A DNA stretch of 63,598 nt, counting the filler, from Octopus bimaculoides (lineage: Eukaryota), in NCBI RefSeq assembly GCF_001194135.2. It is 7 parts of 7 records of this genome, joined end to end, with 100 filler letters (N's around TTAATTAATTAA, not from the genome) between each part and the next. Parts side by side here need not be neighbours in the genome. Positions count along the whole stretch, not along the records: positions 49,742 to 55,043 come from NC_068992.1; positions 55,144 to 57,570 come from NW_026308057.1; positions 57,671 to 62,421 come from NC_069007.1; positions 62,522 to 63,598 come from NW_026369930.1; 3 more parts are not named here. One strand, 5' to 3'. The notes beneath the pieces were generated by a model. It worked only from the letters and a program-made list of their open reading frames with translations. It was not told the DNA's origin and made no database searches. Positions 52,824-62,571 of this stretch are shown piece by piece. Position numbers and translations under genes: made by a program. The first letter of the stretch is position 1. Each line of letters begins with the position of its first letter.

Positions 52824-53006
52824 GTGCACGTAAAAGCACCCACTACACTCTCTGAGTGGTTGGCGTTAGGAAGGGCATCCAGCTGTAGAAACTCTGCTAA
52901 ATCAGATTGGAGCCTGGTGTAGTCATCTGGTTTCACCAGTCCTCAGTCAAATCGTCCAACCCATGCTTGCATGGAAAGCGGATGTTAAACGATGATGATG
53001 ATGATG
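52824..53006 (+). mobile_element. RTE-related retroposon 3' end with (GAT)n tail
   Basis: ggcgttaggaagggcatccagctgtagaa...ccaacccatgcttgcatggaaagcggatgttaaac(gat)n, with a terminal ccatgc/gcatgg stem. The clade assignment is from recalled RTE tails. Confidence 0.65.
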
Positions 53007-53893
53007 AGTGCCATAAACGTTAATAAATGTGAGGAGAAAAGGAAGTTGGCATACTTGACTCCCCTCAAGGCAAAATGCTTTATACCAAAATAATTTTTGT
53101 AAATTAAACAATTTAAAAAAAAAGGAAAGAGAGAAACAAGAAATAGAGGATGATTTACATTTATTTTATTTTATTTATTTATTTATTTATTTAGTGGTGA
53201 ATGCTTTATGATCTTTCATACTACCAAGTTTAGTGTGAGCAAGAGAAGAAATTTATTCTCTGACCAGACACCTGGACCAAAGTCCTTGCAAAAGAAAGCA
53301 CTTTTGTTTTAAAAGTACCCAAGGACCATTTGGTGACATTAACGTGAGAGGAGGATGAAGTCTGTCATAGAAATGCTCCCTCTGATGGATTCCTACTCTG
53401 TGTCTCTCTACCAATTATGATGTTTTAACTGAGATCACTTTCACATTTATGTTACTATATTTATGTTACCTTTGTCTAATTATATTGAAATTAATGAAGA
53501 ATTCAGTAAAAGTATGTAGTTATTTTCAAGCTTATGTTTAAAACTCAAATTAACATGAAATTTAGATGCCAGGTTTTAATTTTAAGTACTTTAAGACAAG
53601 TAGTTACTATCATATAATCAGGTGCAATCTCAGGTGGTTTGGTATTAAGAAGGTTTCAACCAAGTAATAGATGAAGTCCACCACCCAAGAACAGGAACAA
53701 AAATGGACTCTACAAGCAGCTTCTACAAATCTCCCCATATGAAGTTCCACTCAACAGTCTTTAGTCAACATGAGACTATTGTGCAAGACAGTAATCCAAG
53801 GTACCATACAACAGAAACTGTCCTGAAAACAAACTTTTTAATCAAACACAGCCATGATTGCACAAATAAATATAAAAAACAAACAGGACTTAC

Positions 53894-53975
53894 TTGTAAA
53901 ATGGAGTAATATGAAGACTAACATACTTGAAAATGATAGCAGTAACATGGTGGTAGACGGAATGAAGTGAGTAAT
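53894..53975 (-). CDS. Candidate host exon, product unknown
   Basis: Minus-strand donor CAA|GTAAGT at 53893 with a T-rich intron downstream, and acceptor TTGTTAAG|. Two frames are open: CCACCATG-MLLLSFSSMLVFILLHFT or DYSLHSVYHHVTAIIFKYVSLHITPFY. Confidence 0.3.
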
Positions 53976-54164
53976 CTTAACAAATAGTAGTTTTCCTTTT
54001 ATTTCTTTTAAGATCTTTTGTAAACAAAGTTGATTAGAATTTCTATATCAAATGTTCTTAAATATGAGCATTATTAATTTCTTTACTTTCATCTGTGAAC
54101 TGTATTTACAAACTGTAAAGGAGAAAACAGAATAAATTATAGTTTTTTGTCAGTTGATATTTCA

Positions 54165-54390
54165 ATCCTATAATCCTTTCTAATATAGACACATATCCTG
54201 AAATTTTGGTGGAAGGGACTACTTGATTACATCGACCCCTGTGCACTATTGGTAGTTATTGTATTAACCCCAAAAGAATGAAAGGTACAGTTGACCTCGG
54301 CAGAATTTGAACTTGGACTGTAAGGGACTGGAAAAAATGCTTGGTGGTATTTTGTCCAACATGCTAACAATTCTGCCTGCTCACTGCCCT
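54165..54390 (-). mobile_element. SINE family B copy with CpG decay
   Basis: Reverse-complement family B. CpG positions are mostly TpG or CpA. Confidence 0.8.
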
Positions 54391-54493
54391 TCTAAACCTT
54401 ATATTTTATTCTTGGCACTTTAAATTATTCCATGTTCATGTGTGTGTATAATGTATATATATATATATATATATGTATATATGTTTGTATGTA

Positions 54494-54534
<41 letters not shown>

Positions 54535-54602
54535 TGAACCCTGGCGGCCAAGCAGGAAAGCAAAACGAAAAAGGGATTTAACAAGAGTAATCTCCCTCGA
54601 CC

Positions 54603-54635
54603 TTCTAGAAAGTTCTCAAACATTCTAGAAGCTTC
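54603..54635. promoter_or_regulatory. Heat-shock element (HSF site), 7 in-phase nGAAn/nTTCn units
   Basis: TTC-ta-GAA-ag-TTC-tc-aAA-ca-TTC-ta-GAA-gc-TTC: six perfect units and one single-mismatch unit at exact 5-bp phase. Confidence 0.8.
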
Positions 54636-54712
54636 CGGTTGACGTGGAAGTCAGGAACTTTCGGTTCATCCCTTATATGAAGGAACAATTTCTAAATTCG
54701 TGCCATTCATTG
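54632..54712 (+). promoter_or_regulatory. ETS/CRE/TATA-like/Inr core promoter candidate
   Basis: CTTCCGGT 54632; TGACGT 54640; GGAAGT 54646; GAActTTC 54655; TATATGAA 54674; Inr-like CCATTC with A54705 at +31 from the TATA-like motif. Confidence 0.5.
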
Positions 54713-55001
54713 CCGTTGATTCTTTGACATGCATTGAATCACGCCACTTGCTCACACACTCGCATGCACGTTCGTTTACCTTCTCGCTTTGAGACATGTG
54801 ATTGTAAAAGAATATGTTCATGTGATGCTACAAGCTTTCCTTCAATTAACCGTATATGTTAACACATTACCTCCAGTAATAATATATGTTATGACTTATT
54901 ACAAACATCTTGCAAATTCTTATTTCTTGTCATTTACGTACAAGATGGTGATCCCCACTTTCTCTCATGTTTATTAAATTATAGGATGTCACTTAACCAA
55001 C

Positions 55002-55043
<42 letters not shown>

Positions 55044-55143
55044 NNNNNNNNNNNNNNNNNNNNNNNNNNNNNNNNNNNNNNNNNNNNTTAATTAATTAAN
55101 NNNNNNNNNNNNNNNNNNNNNNNNNNNNNNNNNNNNNNNNNNN
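55044..55143. other. Artificial scaffold-join spacer
   Basis: 44N-TTAATTAATTAA-44N. Confidence 0.95.
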
Positions 55144-55164
55144 AAAAAAAAAAAAATCCGTAAG

Positions 55165-55335
55165 AAATAAATGGACGTTATGCAATGGCTTAGTTTTCAG
55201 CAAAGAGACAAGAAAACCGATGTCTGGATTTCGACAGAAAATGAAAATCAATGACATTATATGATCCAGCAAGGAGAACAGATACAGATGGACAATCAGG
55301 GTGACGGAATGGACGCCAAGACAATGGACAATCTC
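55165..55335 (+). pseudogene. RTE-clade LINE ORF C-terminal fragment
   Basis: RDKKTDVWI/RQKMKINDII*...RWTIRVTEWTPRQWTISR matches the RTE C-terminal RWT.R...W.PR...R motif. Confidence 0.8.
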
Positions 55336-55632
55336 AAGAAGCTGACCAAGCTGACCTTGGTGGAATTTGAACTCAGAACAGAATGGCAGACGGAATACTG
55401 CTAAGCATTTCGCCCGGCGTGCTAACAATTCTGCCAGCTCACTACCAAAATTATTTTCTACTCTAGGCACCAGGCCCGAAATTTTTGGGGAGAGCACCAG
55501 TCGATTAGATTGATGCCCAGTACACAACTGGTATTTAATTTATCGACCCTGAAAGGATATTAAGGCAAAGTCGACCTCGGTGGAATTTGAACTCAGAACA
55601 GAATGGCAGACGGAATACTGCTAAGCATTTCG
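55336..55632 (-). mobile_element. Two tandem SINE family B copies
   Basis: Both carry the variant cagaacagaatggcagacggaatactgctaagcatttcg. Confidence 0.85.
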
Positions 55633-56918
55633 NNNNNNNNNNNNNNNNNNNNNNNNNNNNNNNNNNNNNNNNNNNNNNNNNNNNNNNNNNNNNNNNNNNN
55701 NNNNNNNNNNNNNNNNNNNNNNNNNNNNNNNNNNNNNNNNNNNNNNNNNNNNNNNNNNNNNNNNNNNNNNNNNNNNNNNNNNNNNNNNNNNNNNNNNNNN
55801 NNNNNNNNNNNNNNNNNNNNNNNNNNNNNNNNNNNNNNNNNNNNNNNNNNNNNNNNNNNNNNNNNNNNNNNNNNNNNNNNNNNNNNNNNNNNNNNNNNNN
55901 NNNNNNNNNNNNNNNNNNNNNNNNNNNNNNNNNNNNNNNNNNNNNNNNNNNNNNNNNNNNNNNNNNNNNNNNNNNNNNNNNNNNNNNNNNNNNNNNNNNN
56001 NNNNNNNNNNNNNNNNNNNNNNNNNNNNNNNNNNNNNNNNNNNNNNNNNNNNNNNNNNNNNNNNNNNNNNNNNNNNNNNNNNNNNNNNNNNNNNNNNNNN
56101 NNNNNNNNNNNNNNNNNNNNNNNNNNNNNNNNNNNNNNNNNNNNNNNNNNNNNNNNNNNNNNNNNNNNNNNNNNNNNNNNNNNNNNNNNNNNNNNNNNNN
56201 NNNNNNNNNNNNNNNNNNNNNNNNNNNNNNNNNNNNNNNNNNNNNNNNNNNNNNNNNNNNNNNNNNNNNNNNNNNNNNNNNNNNNNNNNNNNNNNNNNNN
56301 NNNNNNNNNNNNNNNNNNNNNNNNNNNNNNNNNNNNNNNNNNNNNNNNNNNNNNNNNNNNNNNNNNNNNNNNNNNNNNNNNNNNNNNNNNNNNNNNNNNN
56401 NNNNNNNNNNNNNNNNNNNNNNNNNNNNNNNNNNNNNNNNNNNNNNNNNNNNNNNNNNNNNNNNNNNNNNNNNNNNNNNNNNNNNNNNNNNNNNNNNNNN
56501 NNNNNNNNNNNNNNNNNNNNNNNNNNNNNNNNNNNNNNNNNNNNNNNNNNNNNNAATTTGCAGGATTTTATAGAATGAAAATTGGAAAGACAAAAGGCAG
56601 TTTGGTGTTGTGTTGTAGCTTCTTGTTGTTAAATTGGTTTGTAATCGACAACATCAACAACAACAACAACAACAACAGCAGCAGCAGCAGCAGCAGCTGT
56701 AGCAGCAAGAATACCAGCGAACTGTTAAACGAAGCTATAATTAATTAATATAAATGAGCATGGTATTGGTTTTCAGTCAATTAAAAGCACTTTTGCTGGT
56801 TTTTAGCTTCGGCTTTTATATCCTTTAAAATAATATTACAAAAAAAAAAAAAAAAATGTGTGTGTATGTAATATTTCACTGATACATACACATATATTTA
56901 TATACATAGACATAATAT

Positions 56919-57263
56919 GAAATGTTAATACACACACACACACACACACACAATTTTAACAACATAGACGTAATTTCAAATGTTAACACAAAATACATAC
57001 ATATATATACATATATACATACATGCACATACGCATCTATAAATACACGCAATCGCAAATGTTAACACACACATGCTTATATACATACATACCTACACAT
57101 ACTGTCTCAAATGTTAACACACACACACATACATACACACCATTCATTAACACAATCTCAAATGTTAACACATATAGATGTACACACATACACATATGTA
57201 TCTACACATACATATACATAAATGCATGTATATGTACATACACACATATAATCTGAAATGTTA

Positions 57264-57295
<32 letters not shown>

Positions 57296-57380
57296 ACACA
57301 CACATACACACCAGATATAAACACAAGCTCAAATGTTAACACATGCATGCAAACATACACATATGTATCTACAAATACAT

Positions 57381-57415
<35 letters not shown>

Positions 57416-57564
57416 ATCTCAAATGTTAATACATACGTACATACACATATGTATCTACACACACACACACACACACACAATATCAAATGTTTATACATAT
57501 GTATCTACACATATACATACACACATACATAAAAACACATATGCATCTACACAAATGTTAACAC
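56919..57564 (+). repeat. Compound minisatellite: 10 copies of (C/G)AAATGTT(A/T)A(C/T)AC separated by variable CA/TA tracts
   Basis: Motif starts at 56919, 56977, 57056, 57108, 57159, 57255, 57330, 57420, 57484 and 57552. Confidence 0.9.
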
Positions 57565-57570
57565 ATACAC

Positions 57571-57670
57571 NNNNNNNNNNNNNNNNNNNNNNNNNNNNNN
57601 NNNNNNNNNNNNNNTTAATTAATTAANNNNNNNNNNNNNNNNNNNNNNNNNNNNNNNNNNNNNNNNNNNN
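57571..57670. other. Artificial scaffold-join spacer
   Basis: 44N-TTAATTAATTAA-44N. Confidence 0.95.
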
Positions 57671-57809
57671 GAATTTTCAATTGGCCGGATAACTGAAGAG
57701 ATGTTGGCGTGGACCTCCCACCCTGGCATCCGAAACTCGGAGGTTTATCACGGCTACTGAACAAGAGTCACATATTTTTACATATATATATATATATATG
57801 TGTGTGTGT

Positions 57810-57852
<43 letters not shown>

Positions 57853-58220
57853 TGTTTCAAAGCTGAAACTTATAAAAGAATAAAAAGATAAAGGAATACA
57901 CACACACGCACACATGTATAACACTATCCTTACATATCTATATATGCATATATATGAAAATGTGTGTATGCTAGCAAGCATGCATGTATGTATGTATGTA
58001 CATGTGTGTGTGTGTGTTTATATGTCCGTGTGCGTGTATTTATATGAGTGTGTATGTGTGCATGTGTATTGGCACACTGAATGGCTCAGTAAATTCCCTA
58101 ACTGCCAATACACATCATTAATTGCTGTTGTTATTGTGAAGGTATTAGTGGCAGTGGTGGTGGTAGTGGTGGTGGTAGTGGTGGTTATCATCGTACTTGT
58201 TGCTACCATTCCAGTTGCTG

Positions 58221-58262
<42 letters not shown>

Positions 58263-59202
58263 AGTTAATGATATTGTTGTTGTTTATGATGTTTTTGTTG
58301 TTGTTGTTGTTGCTGCTGCCGTTACAGTTAATTACATTTCTTCCTACCTTCCAATTCCAGGTTTCTGGCACCGAATGCAAAGACAAAGATGGCAGAATGT
58401 AAGTAAACCAGAACTTTCAACGCTTTGCCTACCACGCCCATCACCTGTGATTCCTGCCATACACAATGAATATAACATTGGTTCTGTAAGGTGGGAATCG
58501 CCAATGAGATCCAAGCTATAAATCAATGGCGAACTTTATATAACAAGCGGAAGCATATCTTTTTCTTTTTTTTTACTGGATTCAGCCATTAGCCTACGGT
58601 CAAGCTGGGGCACTGCCTTGAAGGGTTGTAGCCAAACGAACCGACCCAAAGTTTCGTTTTTATTATATANNNNNNNNNNNNNNNNNNNNNNNNNNNNNNN
58701 NNNNNNNNNNNNNNNNNNNNNNNNNNNNNNNNNNNNNNNNNNNNNNNNNNNNNNNNNNNNNNNNNNNNNNNNNNNNNNNNNNNNNNNNNNNNNNNNNNNN
58801 NNNNNNNNNNNNNNNNNNNNNNNNNNNNNNNNNNNNNNNNNNNNNNNNNNNNNNNNNNNNNNNNNNNNNNNNNNNNNNNNNNNNNNNNNNNNNNNNNNNN
58901 NNNNNNNNNNNNNNNNNNNNNNNNNNNNNNNNNNNNNNNNNNNNNNNNNNNNNNNNNNNNNNNNNNNNNNNNNNNNNNNNNNNNNNNNNNNNNNNNNNNN
59001 NNNNNNNNNNNNNNNNNNNNNNNNNNNNNNNNNNNNNNNNNNNNNNNNNNNNNNNNNNNNNNNNNNNNNNNNNNNNNNNNNNNNNNNNNNNNNNNNNNNN
59101 NNNNNNNNNNNNNNNNNNNNNNNNNNNNNNNNNNNNNNNNNNNNNNNNNNNNNNNNNNNNNNNNNNNNNNNNNNNNNNNNNNNNNNNNNNNNNNNNNNNN
59201 NN

Positions 59203-59243
<41 letters not shown>

Positions 59244-59535
59244 GAAAAAATGTATGTATACAAATATATATATGTTTATATATGTATGTGCGTGAGTCTT
59301 ATAAATATTTTATTAAACATATGTAACGGACGACATCTTCAAATGTTCAAGCACACACACACATACACACTTACTCATTCACTCACACACAAACATACAA
59401 GCACACACACACACAACACACACAAACTCACTAACACCACGAACACACACACAACCACCCAAAAGAGAAAACTACTTCAGTATTGAAATGGATGCCAGAT
59501 ATCACCACAATAGGCCTTTTGCTGTCGTTGCTGCT

Positions 59536-59569
<34 letters not shown>

Positions 59570-59570
59570 C

Positions 59571-59607
<37 letters not shown>

Positions 59608-59634
59608 GCTGCTGTTGCTCTTGTTGCTGTGTTT

Positions 59635-59935
59635 CTGAACAGAAATAAGCCTGACTGGTTGATTATTGATGTTGCTTTTGAAGGAGATCGAAAACTTTGC
59701 CTTGAAAGAAATTGAACACAAAAGATTATAACTTTTTACTCACTTGAAGATCGAAATTGCACAAGTCTGGCCAATAGCATTTCACAACATCGAGATAATC
59801 CCCGTTGTCAGAAGGGATTTGAGACTGATATCGCTGAGACTGGTATCTTGAGCAACGAGGGATCACCAAACGTGAATTTGCTCTCCTTCAAAAGATAGCT
59901 GCGTTGGGTATGGCACATATATGTTAAGGAGAAGG
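59635..59935 (+). pseudogene. R4/Dong-clade restriction-like endonuclease (RLE) C-terminal relic
   Basis: RNKPDWLIIDVAFEGD...KEIEHK / LKIEIAQVWP...IEIIPL...YLEQRGI...FALLQKIAALGMAHI matches the PD..IIDVA.P.D....KE.EK..KY..L..EI..LW and LLQK.ALLGTA.I pattern. Confidence 0.8.
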
Positions 59936-60039
59936 AGAAATGGAAAGAAGAAAATCTCTCAAGTGTTTACACAAAGAGAAGAAACAGAATAACGATAAGA
60001 CGACACAAAACAAGGCGTTAAACTAGATATTATCCATGC

Positions 60040-60200
60040 GTCCATTCATCGTCCCCACTTACCGTTCCTGGTAGGCCCCTAGGAGTAGAGTCCTCAGGCA
60101 TTTCCGTCATAGGGTCTTATCAGAAGCTTCCGTCATTTCACTTTCCAGCTGGATTCCTTAGTCTGATCAGCTGCATCTAACCATCTCATTCTTGCTCTAT
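60040..60200 (-). repeat. Possible RTE-like LINE 3' relic
   Basis: Minus strand GRRLRDRARMRWLDA resembles the G.R.RGRP..RW.D C-terminal motif. It is short and degraded. Confidence 0.4.
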
Positions 60201-61071
60201 CCCTAAGTCTTCTGCCGATTTTTTTTTTTAACCTGTTTTTAACTAAACGTATGTTCACTCCCTCTACTCCTGTTCTGCGGACACTCGAGCTATCCAATGG
60301 ATTAAGCCCCTTTACAAGCTACCTCTGGATTAAGTCCCTTTACCAGCTGCTAACAACAGCCATTATGACTGAAACAGGAAGTCTATCATTCCAGCAACGG
60401 TTACATCTATCTAAATATTTCGGCGACGATGACACGATGCTTCTATGTCATAGACAACTTCAAGATGTTGTACAGATGCACAAATTACAATTACAAGCTC
60501 ATTTACCGCTTAAAATGTTAACCCCCATGCAGCTGTCTGTAAACATTACTGTTTTACAAGTCATTGCAGTTTATACCAGTTATATATCTGTCTATTTCCT
60601 TCGTTTGGTGTGACACAGTAAATTGAACCTTATACAGAATATTCATCTCTGAGTTACTCTCCACCACTAAACCCTTGTTTAGCTGAACCGATCCTGTTTG
60701 GTTCCAATAAATATTTTGTGCTAACATTTATGATAGCGAAACAGTCAAATAAAGATTATATATTGCTACCTTAAATCTACACCGACCAACCACCTACCAT
60801 TGTTAATTTATACGATTTCATTGCTTTATGACTATTATCATCCAGTTTCATTCCAGTCGACATATATACGTATGCGTATGTATGTACGTATGTATGAATG
60901 TATGTATGAATGTAGGTATACATGTATGTATGTATGTATGTATGTATGTATGTACGTATGTATGTATGAATATATGTATGAATGTATGTATACATGTATG
61001 TATGTGTGTATTATGTGTGTTTGTGTACGTGTGTATATATATATACATTATATATTCTTGCATTGAAACAT

Positions 61072-61111
<40 letters not shown>

Positions 61112-61338
61112 TCAGCTATAGATATGCATGTATTTATGTATGTATATTTGTACGCATATATATATGTATATATATGTGTGTATATATATATNNNNNNNNN
61201 NTAACTGTGGTCTGTTCTTCTGCCTTTGCTTACGACCCATCGCCTCCAACATATATCCACACGTTTGTGTTGTGTGTTCGTGCGTGGTGTATAGATAGAT
61301 ATCAACACACACACACACATACACATACACACACACAC

Positions 61339-61372
<34 letters not shown>

Positions 61373-61962
61373 CCACACGCACATATGCATCTATATATTT
61401 GTCTTTTGTATTTGGTTTGTATGACTTTTGATGCGAATTCTTGCATTGAAATAAAATCTTGCGGCTTGGGAGGGTCATTACGCCAATAATAGTGACACAC
61501 ACGCACTGGTTCGATAACACTTCCTTACTGTTGGTCAATTGACTAAATATCCAACCAACTAAGTCATCGACCGTTTGTACGGGGACTCATAAGGCTGTTT
61601 CCAGACTGAATGAGAGAAAGCAGAATATTTGTGCTGGACGCAACGCCGATCCGTTGCGGGGTCCAAGGTCAGCACTTTTTGAGCAGGTGGGGTGGGGTGG
61701 GGGTAAATTCGATTACGTCAACTCCAGTACTTTAATGGGACTTCCTGTTATCGACCCCGGATAGGACGAAAGGCAAATTTGATTCCCCCACCCCCACCCC
61801 AGTGCGAGTTGGATTTTCAACGTAAAGAGCCGGAACAAATGCCACTACACATTTTGTACGATGCACTAAGAATTCTACCGGCTCCCGGTATTTTACACAC
61901 ACAAATACACACACATGCACACACGCATGTATATGTACAATTAGATACATACATATATATAC

Positions 61963-62379
61963 ATGAGTGGCTGTGTGGTAAGTAGCTTGCTTACCAACCA
62001 CATGGTTCCGAGTTCAGGCCCACTGCGTGGCACCTTGGGCAAATGTCTTCTACTATAGCCTCGGGCCGACCGAAGCCTTGTGAATGGATTTGGTAGACGG
62101 AAACTGAAAGAAGCCCGTCGTATATATGTATATACATATATGTGTGTGTGTGTGTGTGTGTGTTTGTGTGTCTGTTTGTCCCCCTAACATCAATTGACAA
62201 CCGATGTTGGTGTGTTTACGTCCCCGTAACTTAGCGGTTCGGCAAAAGAGACCGATAGAATAAGTACTAGGCTTACAAAGAATAAGTCCTGGGGTCGATT
62301 TGCTCGACTAAAGGCGGTGCTCCAGCATGGCAGCAGTCAAATGACTGAAACAAGTAAAAGAGTAAAAGAGTAAAAGAGT
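61963..62379 (+). mobile_element. Near full-length young SINE family A
   Basis: Head, ccttgggcaa core, internal (TA)(TG) tract, 3' part and (GAGTAAAA)n tail are all present. Confidence 0.95.
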
Positions 62380-62421
62380 ATATATATACATATATACATA
62401 TATATATATATATACACAACT

Positions 62422-62521
62422 NNNNNNNNNNNNNNNNNNNNNNNNNNNNNNNNNNNNNNNNNNNNTTAATTAATTAANNNNNNNNNNNNNNNNNNNNNNN
62501 NNNNNNNNNNNNNNNNNNNNN
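62422..62521. other. Artificial scaffold-join spacer
   Basis: 44N-TTAATTAATTAA-44N. Confidence 0.95.
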
Positions 62522-62571
62522 GAATGAACTTCCGGTGGAGGGGTGGGATGACAGAGGAATGAACTTCCGGT
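62522..62571. promoter_or_regulatory. Tandem ETS-type sites
   Basis: GAATGAACTTCCGGT occurs twice, at 62522 and 62557, each containing ACTTCCGG. Confidence 0.35.

Noticed and set aside
50982-53331. Several plus- or minus-strand mini-exon candidates (e.g. 51499-51566, 51606-51644, 53267-53331)
   Set aside because: Splice-like sites exist, but the phases or intron lengths are incompatible and the peptides are unrecognised, so they cannot be assembled into a gene.
56919-57564. CRISPR-like repeat-spacer array
   Set aside because: The repeat is only 13 bp, the spacers are related microsatellites of variable length, there are no cas genes and the context is eukaryotic.
7811-59295. ORFs of 150-400 aa containing X runs
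   Set aside because: They are open only because N gaps contain no stops.
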